Below are positions 50,714 to 60,033 of a DNA stretch of 64,000 nt, in pieces. The translations under genes were made by a program, and so were the position numbers. Numbering within the stretch: the stretch's first letter is position 1; each line of letters opens with the position of its first letter. The notes beneath the pieces are model-generated. The model searched no databases and had not been told where the DNA came from. It worked only from the letters and a program-made list of their open reading frames with translations. The DNA lies in NCBI GenBank assembly GCA_963767735.1, contig CAVYES010000002.1:160001-224000 (forward strand), in the 5' to 3' direction. Origin of the DNA: Candidatus Bathyarchaeota archaeon (GTDB taxonomy: Archaea; Thermoproteota; Bathyarchaeia; Bathyarchaeales; Bathycorpusculaceae).

Positions 50714-51676
50714 TTGACAACTCAAGAATGGAAATTCACAGCAAAAGATATTGCATCTACACCAGACCTATTTCTTTCAGGCCACAGAGCATGCGCAGGC
50801 TGCGGACCAGCAACAACGCTTCGTTTAATCATGAAAGCGACTCGTGGACCCACAATTGTGACTCAGGCAACCGGCTGCATGGAAATAGTCGGGTCAATTT
50901 ACCCGTACACATCTTGGGCGCTGCCGTGGCTGCATACGGCTTTTGAGAATGCCGCTGCGAACGCTTCGGGCATCGATGCCGCTTTGAAGGCCATGAGCAA
51001 GAAGGGCAAAGTGAAAGAGCACATTGACATTATTGCGATAGCTGGTGACGGCGGAACTTACGATATTGGCTTGCAAGCTTTGTCTGGTGCTGTTGAACGT
51101 GGACATGACTTCCTGTTTATCCTCTATGATAATGAGGGTTATATGAACACTGGAATACAAAGAAGCAGTTCAACACCTTTGGGAGCAGCAACAACAACTA
51201 CTCCTGCGGGCTCAGTGAACCCAGGCAAACTTGAGAAGAAAAAACCGATCGATGAGATTATGCTGGCTCATGACATACCATACGTGGCTACTGCATCAAC
51301 CTACTACTGGAAAGATATGTTGACAAAAGTCCGGAAAGGCTTAGAAGTAGAAGGACCAGCATTCCTGCATGTCTTTGCGCCTTGCCCAAGAGGTTGGCGC
51401 TCTGAACCAGCCAAAACCATAGAGTACTCCAAGTTAGCGGTGGAATCCTGCGTGTTCCCACTTTGGGAAGCAGTAAACGGCAAACGTCAGCTTTCAATAC
51501 CAAGCAAATTGATTGCATTGGCACCGCAAAAAAAGAGGCCCGTTAAAGATTATCTTGCAGGTCAAGGCAGGTTTAGGCACCTCTTTACTCCACAAAACCA
51601 GCACATAGTAACTGAGATGCAAACCATAACCGACGAAAACTGGCAAAAGCTACTCCAAAAATGCGAGGCAGCATAA
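50714..51676 (+). CDS. porB: 2-oxoacid:ferredoxin oxidoreductase beta subunit
   Basis: GHRACAGCG, GDGGTYDIG, YDNEGYMNTGIQRS. Confidence 0.96.
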   Translation: MTTQEWKFTAKDIASTPDLFLSGHRACAGCGPATTLRLIMKATRGPTIVTQATGCMEIVGSIYPYTSWALPWLHTAFENAAANASGIDAALKAMSKKGKVKEHIDIIAIAGDGGTYDIGLQALSGAVERGHDFLFILYDNEGYMNTGIQRSSSTPLGAATTTTPAGSVNPGKLEKKKPIDEIMLAHDIPYVATASTYYWKDMLTKVRKGLEVEGPAFLHVFAPCPRGWRSEPAKTIEYSKLAVESCVFPLWEAVNGKRQLSIPSKLIALAPQKKRPVKDYLAGQGRFRHLFTPQNQHIVTEMQTITDENWQKLLQKCEAA

Positions 51677-51739
51677 ACTCTTTTCTTTTTACTTGTTTTT
51701 TGTTTTGATTTTTGTTTGAATAAAATTAAAAAGAATGGT

Positions 51740-52963
51740 TTAGTGGATGTTGTTTTCTGGCAGGATTTTTAGTATGCGGAGGACTTTTCTGAATTCTTCT
51801 TCTTTCAATGATGCTCTTCTGCCGTTTGCGTAGATGTCTTTTACTTTTTCCACTACGATGGCTACGGTTTGGTCGTCTGGCTCATTTCCTGCAAGCTCAG
51901 TTATTTTGTGTTTGATTATGCCTTTTCCCGACTGCTTCCCAATCGTTAAACGACGCTCGTTACCGACCAGTTCAGGAGGGTAAGGCTCATAGGTCCACGG
52001 GTCATTTAAAACGCCGTGCGTGTGTATTCCCGATTCATGTGCAAACCCGTAGTCGCCGACGATTGCCTTGTTTGGCGGAACCACGTAGCCTGTTGCTTTG
52101 CCTATATAATCAGCGGTTTGCTTTAACTTCTGGGTTTTACCCTCGAACTTTTTGACGCCATAATGCAGGTACAGGTTTAGCAGTACTTTTTCGGTTTCAG
52201 CATTGCCTGCCCGTTCGCCGATACCAAGATACGTGGTGCTGGCGTAAACTTTTTCCCATACGCCTGAAGCTGCCTTAATTGCAGCCATCGTGTTTTCTAC
52301 AGCGTTCCCGAAGTCGTCGTGGGCATGAATCTCTATGGCGGCGATCTTTGTTTGTTTCTTTATGGCTACTACTTTGGCTGGCACACCGATGGGTAAAGGA
52401 GCCAGTGGGTCAGATAAGCCGATGCCGACTGTGTCGCAGATACGGTAGCATTCGGCGCCTGCATCAGCAACGGCGTTGATCAGGTTTTTTTCAAAATTCC
52501 AGTCTGCCCGCGTACTATCTTCTCCGTGAACGAAAGTTCTCAATCCGCAAGTTTTAGCTGCATATTCAACTACGTTAACGATGTTGGCTAAGATTTGTTC
52601 TTTGGTTTTTTCAGGCCACTTAGCCTTAAAATGTATGTCAGAGACAGGATGAGAAATGCCAACTTCCTTAAACCCGCATGCTACGGCGCTGTCAATGTCC
52701 TCTTTTAATGCTCTGCACCAGCCGGCGACGCGCAAATCAAGGTTCAAATCTTGGATGAGTTTTGCTGCTTTCTTGTCTGGGTCTTGATAGTGGAATAGTT
52801 CGATGCGTTCGACGCCGATTTCGCTTAGGAACTGGGCTATTTTCGCGGAGTCTTTTGGTCCAGCGGCTAAGCCTGGCATTTGAATGCCGTCACGCAAGGT
52901 AGTATCATCTATGATGGGTTCCGTTTTTAGGGGCAGTTTGAAATAGAAGTCTTGTAGGTCCAT
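51740..52963 (-). CDS. DRE-TIM acyltransferase (homocitrate / isopropylmalate / Re-citrate synthase family)
   Basis: DTTLRDG.Q, CDTVG, HAHDDFG, GIGERAGN, FAHESGIH; no LeuA regulatory domain. Confidence 0.9.
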   Translation of the reverse strand: MDLQDFYFKLPLKTEPIIDDTTLRDGIQMPGLAAGPKDSAKIAQFLSEIGVERIELFHYQDPDKKAAKLIQDLNLDLRVAGWCRALKEDIDSAVACGFKEVGISHPVSDIHFKAKWPEKTKEQILANIVNVVEYAAKTCGLRTFVHGEDSTRADWNFEKNLINAVADAGAECYRICDTVGIGLSDPLAPLPIGVPAKVVAIKKQTKIAAIEIHAHDDFGNAVENTMAAIKAASGVWEKVYASTTYLGIGERAGNAETEKVLLNLYLHYGVKKFEGKTQKLKQTADYIGKATGYVVPPNKAIVGDYGFAHESGIHTHGVLNDPWTYEPYPPELVGNERRLTIGKQSGKGIIKHKITELAGNEPDDQTVAIVVEKVKDIYANGRRASLKEEEFRKVLRILKILPENNIH

Positions 52964-53145
52964 TTTTATTATTCGTTCCTTTCTCTGTTTCTCTCTCTGA
53001 GTATTTTTAATTATAAAATCGCTTCTGTAAAATTAATAAACGTTTCTATAGTACTTTTGTAATTTTGTTCAAGCAAATATGTTACTTAGTAACGGTGTGT
53101 CTTGTCAAATGGGAAAAAAAACTTTACACATAAACCTAGCAAAAG

Positions 53146-53460
53146 CTATTTTGCGCGTGCGTACAGCGCTTTAAGCGTGCCCGAAACGCCCAAAACACGC
53201 ACAGCTGCTTCCCTCCCACCAACGCTGGTGATTGCAGCCAAAGAAGCTCTCACCATACTCAGCGAAGCCAATGAGACCCTAAGCACAGCAACTTTGCGTT
53301 CCACGTCAAACTCGATCAATGCTAAACCAGTTAAGCTTGCCCCCACCTCGCCGTATAGCTTGGTTACTGCTGCCCAAACTGCATCAATAAATTCGCGTTC
53401 AGCAGGCACAGCGTCGCATTCCAGTTGCAAGGCTATGTAGCGCCGTTTGACCCGCTTCAA
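53146..53460 (-). CDS. rnp2: RNase P protein Pop5/Rpp14
   Basis: KRRYI...LYG..G...GVSGTLK; operon context. Confidence 0.92.
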   Translation of the reverse strand: MKRVKRRYIALQLECDAVPAEREFIDAVWAAVTKLYGEVGASLTGLALIEFDVERKVAVLRVSLASLSMVRASLAAITSVGGREAAVRVLGVSGTLKALYARAK

Positions 53461-54191
53461 GATGGCTTGCCCTCCCTGACTATGCTGATGCCCGGCGCCA
53501 CAAATCGGCTGCTGAGTTTTTCACGGTTGCGAGACACGATTGCTGCTGGGCTGGTTGAGGTTGCGTCTAAAGCTTGAGCTTCATCTAGCCCGAACAAGAA
53601 AGCTAAACTTGCCAAGTCTCTTGGCAATCGCATAAGTCGCTCCTCCGCTACGCCGCTTGAAACAACTATGGGCACTTTGAATTCCCGTGCAATTGCGATT
53701 TCTCGGAGTAAACTCGTCAGCAGCCTAACACGTGGTGGGCCTTCCAAAATCAAAAGAGGTTTAACATCCACTTCCAGGGCGGCTAGGCTGCAGCTAGCTA
53801 ATTCGGCTTCTGCGCGGTCAAAAAACCGTTTATGATAGTCAAGGCTGGGAAAGTTTAGGAGGTCAACGCGCCTGTCTTTTGCCGCTTGCCTCGCCATATC
53901 CTTGCTATCGCATAAGATGCAAATTACTTCGAATCGTCGCCTGAACTTTCGCAGAAAATGGGTTAGGTCGTTTTCCGATCTTGGATAGAAATCTGCTCGC
54001 GAAACAAAATCTAAGCCTACTTCGCTACAGGCGGCTGTAAGCTGGGTTAATTCTTCTTCGCTTAGTTTTGAAGTGAAAGGGACAGATATTTGGCGATAGC
54101 CTGAGCGTGCGGCTTTGCCGATAAGGCGGCGTGTTGCCTGTTGATCTTTAGGGTTAACACGTAAATGCAAATCTGCAAACGCACGGGTCAT
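53457..54191 (-). CDS. rnp3: RNase P protein Rpp30
   Basis: ADLH, R.AAKD.RVDLL, P.VVSSG...MR.PRD. Confidence 0.92.
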   Translation of the reverse strand: MTRAFADLHLRVNPKDQQATRRLIGKAARSGYRQISVPFTSKLSEEELTQLTAACSEVGLDFVSRADFYPRSENDLTHFLRKFRRRFEVICILCDSKDMARQAAKDRRVDLLNFPSLDYHKRFFDRAEAELASCSLAALEVDVKPLLILEGPPRVRLLTSLLREIAIAREFKVPIVVSSGVAEERLMRLPRDLASLAFLFGLDEAQALDATSTSPAAIVSRNREKLSSRFVAPGISIVREGKPS

Positions 54192-54634
54192 GACAGCAAC
54201 CCAGCGCTCCTGCACAGATCAGTTATTTCCGCAGCCGATTTGTTTTTGAAGTGAATTTTGAAATGGACGGGGTCGTTTTGCGTGAACTTTATGTTTCCCA
54301 AATAGGCTGATTGCTTATCGAAGCGTAGGTACAGGTTTCCTTTTTCTAAATGGAGTTTCAAGTCACGACTAAACTCGTCCTTGTCGAGCGAATTTAACCC
54401 TGAACCAATTTTTTCAAGAGCTACCGGAAGAAGTTTTTTATCTGTAAGTTTAACGGTTAAAAGGGTGATGGGGTTTCCGTAATGCCCCGTTAAACTTGTT
54501 GTTTGGAAAATAATGGCTTGAGCCAGTTCCTCTGGTAACAGGTTGCGCACGGCTGCTTGGACTTTCTCGTTGTCCTCGGTTGCGTGAACGAAGACTCGAA
54601 TGTCAATGTAGGCTATTGGCGGTTTAGAAGACAT
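54188..54634 (-). CDS. DUF54 RNA-binding protein
   Basis: HATED..KV, GHYGNPI, LYLRFDKQ. Confidence 0.92.
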   Translation of the reverse strand: MSSKPPIAYIDIRVFVHATEDNEKVQAAVRNLLPEELAQAIIFQTTSLTGHYGNPITLLTVKLTDKKLLPVALEKIGSGLNSLDKDEFSRDLKLHLEKGNLYLRFDKQSAYLGNIKFTQNDPVHFKIHFKNKSAAEITDLCRSAGLLS

Positions 54635-54659
54635 TTGACACCGATTTTGTTTTGGTCTA

Positions 54660-54932
54660 CTAGCTTTTAGCTTTTTTCTTTGGTTTGGCTTCGGGCGCGA
54701 TTTTGGTAGGTTTTGGTTTTGCGGCTACCGCTGCTTTTGCTTTTTCCGCGCACTCCTTTATGCATGTGATGTTTTCGTCATGTGCCGATTTTCTTTTGAC
54801 GTCCACAGGTAACCCGATTTGTCGGGCTTGCTGCTTGTTTACTCCTGCTTTTTCCAGTTCGGTGGTGCTGAATCCTTTGCCGATGTTTGATTTCTTGTTG
54901 TGCTTCGTTATTACGACTTTGATTTGACGCAT
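54660..54932 (-). CDS. rpl13e: 50S ribosomal protein eL13
   Basis: GKGFS..EL..AG...GLPVD.KRKS.HDEN. Confidence 0.9.
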   Translation of the reverse strand: MRQIKVVITKHNKKSNIGKGFSTTELEKAGVNKQQARQIGLPVDVKRKSAHDENITCIKECAEKAKAAVAAKPKPTKIAPEAKPKKKAKS

Positions 54933-54937
54933 AAAAT

Positions 54938-55552
54938 CTATCTTCCCGGGTTTGGTTTTCTGCCAGTGGGTTGTGCTCGTTTTCTTGCTCCTCTGCGGTG
55001 GCTCGGTCTGGCTTTTTCTGCTCCTGCTCCGCGGTGGTGTAATCCTCTGACGTTTTTGCCTGCGCTAGTTAGGCTTCTGAAGACTCTGCTTGTGTGCTGT
55101 TTTTCTGTGATCCAGTTGACGTCTTTGTCTGTTTTTATAACAGGGCTTTTCGGGTCGAGCAGTATGACTTCGAACCATTTGTGTTTGCCGTCTTCGCCTA
55201 CCCAGTAACTGTTGAGAACTTCCATGTTTGGGAAATGCTTTGCTGTACGTTCTTCAGCGATGAGCCTTATGCTTTTGGCTGGTTTAAATTTGGCGACTCC
55301 CATGCGTTTGGGGCGTCTGCCTGAGCGCGGGCGTTTCTTTCGTAGTCCGCCTCTGCGCACTTTTGTGCGTGCCACTACGAAGCCTTGTTTGGCCTTGTAG
55401 CCTAGTTTTCTTGCACGGTCAAGCCTTGTCGGATGCTCAATGCGAAGTGTCGAGGGCTGCTTTCGCCACTGCACCAATCTTTCCCGCATGAGTTCCTCAA
55501 CGAAGGATTTTTCCGGTTGAGACCACTCTTCCGCGATGTATTTATATGCCAT
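54938..55552 (-). CDS. rpl15e: 50S ribosomal protein eL15
   Basis: [31 protein letters not shown]. Confidence 0.98.
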   Translation of the reverse strand: MAYKYIAEEWSQPEKSFVEELMRERLVQWRKQPSTLRIEHPTRLDRARKLGYKAKQGFVVARTKVRRGGLRKKRPRSGRRPKRMGVAKFKPAKSIRLIAEERTAKHFPNMEVLNSYWVGEDGKHKWFEVILLDPKSPVIKTDKDVNWITEKQHTSRVFRSLTSAGKNVRGLHHRGAGAEKARPSHRRGARKRAQPTGRKPNPGR

Positions 55553-55589
55553 TTTTTCGTTTTTCCTCCTAAATGCTTCATTTGCTTAC

Positions 55590-55640
55590 GGTTCAGCCTT
55601 ACGGCCACATCCCAACGGACACGATTGTCCGCCTGCAATT
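55590..55640 (-). promoter_or_regulatory. Candidate structured ribosomal leader of rpl15e
   Basis: 5' UTR contains CGGACA-ATCG-TGTCCG and GCC-GTAA-GGC hairpins followed by TGAACC. From memory this resembles the eL15 archaeal r-leader; not searched. Confidence 0.6.
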
Positions 55641-55738
55641 TCACATCATAGCACCATGCAATGAAATAAACCTTTCCAGAAACTAAAGAGCCTTTAACAC
55701 TACTTTATTCTCTTAAACACTTGTCTTACACCCCTAAT

Positions 55739-55850
55739 TTTTGAGCGTACGATTTCTATGTTGTCGATGTTTCCTATGCTTTCTTGAATACTCTTGTTAC
55801 GTCTTCGAGTTTTGAGCCGACGATTTCTATGTTGTCGATGTTTCCTAAGC
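55739..55850. repeat. Local duplication of about 38 bp at the 3' end of the DUF362 gene
   Basis: ACGATTTCTATGTTGTCGATGTTTCCTA occurs at 55749 and 55820, each preceded by TTTTGAGC. Confidence 0.85.
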
Positions 55851-56604
55851 CTTTTTGGGCGGCTGTTCGTATGTGTGAGATTTCGTGGGGGTCGAAGCCC
55901 ATGATTCTGGCGGTGGTCGCGTCTGTGGCAACGACGTCTTTTCCTGCGGTAATGAGGTCCATTTTGACTGGGGTGCCGCCGGTTGGTCCGTGCCCTTCCA
56001 TTGCGACGAAGCCGTCGATTACTGTTAATGCTGGTTTGATTACTGTGTTTATGTCTACTACGACTTTGCTTATGCCCTGGGCGTGATACTTGAATTTAAG
56101 CTTGTCAGGAAGGAGCCCGAACATGTTTTTCATGCCCAAAGTGACTTTGGTAGCCATGTGAGTTTTCATTTTTGCAGCACTTATCACGGCAGATTCTGTG
56201 ACGATGCGCGGCACTTTAATGCTGCCTAAAGTTTCGCAGTCGGGGATAGAAATTTTGACTTTGTCTTTTTGGTACCGCAAATTGAGGAATTCCACGCCGT
56301 TTCGTTGGCACATTTCCTTCATGCCTGTGGCTTCATAGGCTTTGTCAGCGTTAGTCATGGTTGCGTCTGATTCCACAACGAAGATTTCAAGGGGCAAATC
56401 TCCAAGCTTTTTTATTATGGCTTCAACCACTATCGGGTCGGTTGTTGCTCCTGACTCCCATATTTCAGTGCATATGAAATTGACTTTTATGAGGGCTTTC
56501 TTGTAACCCGAAAAGCATGATTTGTAATCTACTAAGTCAAGGGCCCTAAAAACAGGTTCATGCCCTCTCTCGCCCTTCACAACTGCGACCGTCGATTTCT
56601 CCGT
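55774..56604 (-). CDS. DUF362 domain protein
   Basis: LIKVN, TTDP, ESD, KMKTH...TLGMKN.FG, DG..AMEG.GP..G, D.VATD. The expected start reads ACG (EKSTVAVV); the GTG at 56580 is the alternative. Confidence 0.92.
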   Translation of the reverse strand, partial: TEKSTVAVVKGERGHEPVFRALDLVDYKSCFSGYKKALIKVNFICTEIWESGATTDPIVVEAIIKKLGDLPLEIFVVESDATMTNADKAYEATGMKEMCQRNGVEFLNLRYQKDKVKISIPDCETLGSIKVPRIVTESAVISAAKMKTHMATKVTLGMKNMFGLLPDKLKFKYHAQGISKVVVDINTVIKPALTVIDGFVAMEGHGPTGGTPVKMDLITAGKDVVATDATTARIMGFDPHEISHIRTAAQKGLGNIDNIEIVGSKLEDVTRVFKKA

Positions 56605-57112
56605 TTAAGACACCAACCCTTATTGGCTCAATTAAGCTTTAAACGTTTACCATCACTCAACACCCACATTGGAAATACGCAAAATCAAAAAGCAACGTTT
56701 CACGTAGAAAGTGCACGGCTTTAAGTCAGTGCAGTCCAATATTGAATTATGTCTGGAACCCATTGAAACTGCGTGAAAACTTGAGATAAGCCCTGACAAA
56801 TAAGCCATCTTAGGCATAAATGCTCTATTAGAACAGTCAGTCTATGTGGCCACCGCTTGGATAGTTTTGGAAGAAGAAAAACGGTTCCATTAAGCTTCTT
56901 CTTCTCTTAAAAAAAACCGCCAATAAAATTTTGATAATCGCAATTGCTGGGGAGCGCCTATTTGGATCATGTAGAAAACCGGGAAGGCAGGTTGTGAGAG
57001 AGAAAGACCAATGGGTAGGCTTGAGCACATAACTGCTGCTTCCTACAGGGTACCCTAATATTTGTGCAAAAAAGCAACCGCAAAAACCAGGACTAAAAGC
57101 CCAACTTTTAAG

Positions 57113-57697
57113 TTAGCTCGATTCGTCGATGCTTTTTTTGTACAGTGCCTTATTAATTACTCGTACATCAAGGTTTTGTTTGGCAGCCGTTTTCCTAATT
57201 ACCCCGAGCAGTTTTAGGTAATTCTGGGCTGTTAACAGGTTAGGCGGTGGATTACCAAGTAGAGCCTTCCACACTGTTGCGTCAAAGATGCAGTATTGTT
57301 TTGGGTCGAAAAAAGCGAGGATAACGCTGGCTAACATGGGGCTTACCCCTTCGAGCAGTGTGAGGCAGTTCATTCGGTAAGCGTCTTCGCATGATGGAAT
57401 GCTTAAAGCTTGGCTGGATAAGCGATTAACCGTGTCCTCATTGTTTCGGCTTACTAACTCTAAAACCCGCGTTTTCTTCTCTGAATCTTCTATGAATTTC
57501 CATTCAACCACCTGAGCTAAGTCAGCTATAGTTAATGCTTTCGCTTTTCGGAATTTAGAGCCCAACTCCCGTTCTCTCTGAGCCTGCCACCCGAAGGCTT
57601 TATCGTATTTGCGGCTCCACTTCAAAAAATCAGCTTTATCCACGTAATCACCATGCAATGGATAATTGATAATTAGCTTCCTTTTCTGCTTTTGCAC
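57113..57697 (-). CDS. Hypothetical protein with a helix-hairpin-helix glycosylase-like fold
   Basis: EWKF; L.GV...LASVIL.FFDP..Y.IFD..VW.AL. Confidence 0.7.
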   Translation of the reverse strand: MQKQKRKLIINYPLHGDYVDKADFLKWSRKYDKAFGWQAQRERELGSKFRKAKALTIADLAQVVEWKFIEDSEKKTRVLELVSRNNEDTVNRLSSQALSIPSCEDAYRMNCLTLLEGVSPMLASVILAFFDPKQYCIFDATVWKALLGNPPPNLLTAQNYLKLLGVIRKTAAKQNLDVRVINKALYKKSIDESS

Positions 57698-57735
57698 AAA
57701 AAACTAATCAAAAATAAATTAAGAAGGGGTGAAGG

Positions 57736-57861
57736 TTAGTTTTGGTCTACTAAATGGGCTGTTCCGTCGGGGCAGTAGACTTTTTCGTCTTTGCTGACGC
57801 GTCTGTAGCGTTCACTGCACATGTGCAGGAGCGAGCATCCGTCACAATCTCTACTCAGCAT
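57736..57861 (-). CDS. 41-aa Cys/His-rich small protein (not in the ORF track)
   Basis: MLSRDCDGCSLLHMCSERYRRVSKDEKVYCPDGTAHLVDQN*; AGGAGG RBS. Confidence 0.75.
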   Translation of the reverse strand: MLSRDCDGCSLLHMCSERYRRVSKDEKVYCPDGTAHLVDQN

Positions 57862-58056
57862 TTCTTCGCCTCCTCTTAGAGCGTTTAACATCGGTGAAAT
57901 CCGCTTATAAGGCTATGTAATATGCATGTATATACATACAAGAACAAATTACCTGCACTTCTTACGTGCAGTACATGTCTTGTAAGCAATGCAGTTCCCC
58001 GAGCAGGAGATGGCTACTAATAGTAAAAACGGTTGGGATTAACGCGCGGCTTTTTT

Positions 58057-58695
58057 CTAGCCGTTCTTATTAGATCTATGGGAAGGCCAGCATTTCTGGC
58101 AGTACACGGGTCGGTCAGCGTGGGGTTGAAATGGCACTTTACATTCGCAACCACAGTCGCTACAAACTGCGGTGTAAGCTGTTTCTTGATGAAACTGGCT
58201 AAACAAATGGTAGTTCTTGAGTCGCGGCCAACCTGTCTTGGCGTAGCGTAGCATATCAGGGTTATTTTTTAGCCAGCGCATCATATGAAAGAAGCTTTTA
58301 CCTCTTTTTTCTTCACGTTCAGCCAACGGTTCGTAGCCTAAGTTGCGGATTTCGTCTAGGTAAGCGATTTCTGTTAGCCTCTGCGCTTCGCCGACGACTC
58401 TTATGCGTTTAACGCGGTCTTCGCCGTAAACTTTGCGGAGCTCCTCAGCGGCTACGTCGAAGATGCAGCCTTGACAAATGTGAATTTCATCATCTGGCTT
58501 AAGGTTAAACCATGCAGCAAGTTTAGAAACGATGCGTGAGGCCTCTTGAAGGTACTCTTTTTCGCGAAAGATTTCTTGGTAGAATCTAACGTCAATCATG
58601 TCGTATTTGAAGTCGCCTGTTTCTTCCCGGTAAGCACCGATTACTACGCCGAAAAGTAAGTCACCGCTGCCTGCATCGTCAACAATAAGCGTCAA
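58057..58695 (-). CDS. RNase H-like protein with a C-terminal CxxC-x17-CxxC zinc domain
   Basis: IVDDAGSG...GVVIG; CSDCG..C.VPF.P..DRPVYCQKC. Confidence 0.8.
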   Translation of the reverse strand: MTLIVDDAGSGDLLFGVVIGAYREETGDFKYDMIDVRFYQEIFREKEYLQEASRIVSKLAAWFNLKPDDEIHICQGCIFDVAAEELRKVYGEDRVKRIRVVGEAQRLTEIAYLDEIRNLGYEPLAEREEKRGKSFFHMMRWLKNNPDMLRYAKTGWPRLKNYHLFSQFHQETAYTAVCSDCGCECKVPFQPHADRPVYCQKCWPSHRSNKNG

Positions 58696-58798
58696 ATTTT
58701 TAGTGACCTCACTTCATCCAAGCAATGCTTAATTGGTATAAAAATAATCCTCCCAAAAAGAAACAGAACTGATGGAGTTTATCTACCTGTTGCCGTCG

Positions 58799-59434
58799 CT
58801 AACTGCTGCTTAATACTTCAGCAGGGCTTTGTGACGTGCTTATTACGCCTTTTTTCCCAAGACGCAGTTGCTTCTCGCCTCTAAAAACGCATATATGCGA
58901 ATTCTTTATTTCAATGTTATCTCCGACTGCGACGGCGTTTATTTGTCCTTCCCATAGGCAAAGCTTGATTTTTCCCGTTTCGTCTCCAACCAAAGCGTTA
59001 ACTACTCTGACAGTATTGCCAAATTGCGTGTGAACCTGTACCGGCTTAGGAATCTCTAGAACCTCAGCTTTAACATTAACCCTTTTCATACAAGCTCTCA
59101 AATCGTGAATCGAAGTAAAAACCGAATCAATATTTTGTTTAGCGATTTTTTTGCATATTTTATCCGTTGTCATCCAGCTTTCGAAAGGATTGTCTTTTCT
59201 CAACAGGAATTCTTCATCGACTCTGAACTGAGCCACAGCGTTATTGTCTTTTTTTATTAGAAAAATTATTTCATCTTTCACTTTACCGCGGTATTCAACT
59301 GTAAGGGTGCCGCAGACGGCTTTTTCGTTGTCTTTTGCTTTTATAAGCGCTTGGAAGACTTCAGAGGGGTAAATGTTGTGTTTTACTGAAAGAAGAGCAA
59401 TGTGCTCTCCTAAAGTTGATTTTTTCTGTCTCAC
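58799..59434 (-). CDS. OB-fold single-stranded DNA-binding protein with an N-terminal extension
   Basis: VNVKAEVLE...ALVGDETGKIKLCLW...GD.IEI.N...FRGE.QL. Confidence 0.88.
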   Translation of the reverse strand: MRQKKSTLGEHIALLSVKHNIYPSEVFQALIKAKDNEKAVCGTLTVEYRGKVKDEIIFLIKKDNNAVAQFRVDEEFLLRKDNPFESWMTTDKICKKIAKQNIDSVFTSIHDLRACMKRVNVKAEVLEIPKPVQVHTQFGNTVRVVNALVGDETGKIKLCLWEGQINAVAVGDNIEIKNSHICVFRGEKQLRLGKKGVISTSQSPAEVLSSS

Positions 59435-59796
59435 ATTTCTTCTCCCATGTGTCTGTCAGAGTAAGGAGAAAAAGCAAACACAAAGTGTTCCATACTTTCT
59501 CTCAATATTTTGAATGCCTACAATATAACGAAGCGTACCTATATTAGCTTGAATGTACAAAAAACGTTTTTTTCCGAATTTTTAAGGAAATTTTAAACCT
59601 CGAGTCACAATAATAAAAAACATTCGAAATGCTCATCTTTATTTGTCTCTTTCTCTTGTAGAAAAGGTTGGGTTAATTTTTTATGGTTAAATCGAAGATA
59701 GGAAGCATTCAATTTATAAGCGTGGAAAACAAGTTAAATGGTAGTGTGTAAAAAGCAATTTTTGCACAGCAAATGTAGTAGGAGTTGAAATAGCGA

Positions 59797-59937
59797 ATGT
59801 ATAATAACCGAGAAATGCACAAGGCAACCTGCGCTGACTGCGGAAAAGAATGCGATGTTCCTTTCAAGCCAGACGGCTCCAGGCCAGTTTATTGCCGTGA
59901 GTGCTACGCAAAACGAAGACCACCAAGAAGATATTAA
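59797..59937 (+). CDS. Stand-alone CxxC-x17-CxxC protein, 46 aa (not in the ORF track)
   Basis: REMHKATCADCGKECDVPFKPDGSRPVYCRECYAKRRP. Confidence 0.92.
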   Translation: MYNNREMHKATCADCGKECDVPFKPDGSRPVYCRECYAKRRPPRRY

Positions 59938-60033
59938 GCTTATTAGCTGAACATCTTTTAGTTTGTCCTTATTAGTTTCTTTTTATTTTTTATCTTTTTA
60001 TGTTGCAGGCAACCGCAACTATTTACAATTTAA

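Noticed and set aside
53102-53440. Antisense ORFs over pop5, msrA, the radical SAM gene, por genes and others
   Set aside because: They are shadow frames of well-supported genes on the opposite strand.
56602-56604. ACG start codon for the DUF362 gene
   Set aside because: It could be a T-to-C error, and a GTG is available eight codons downstream.
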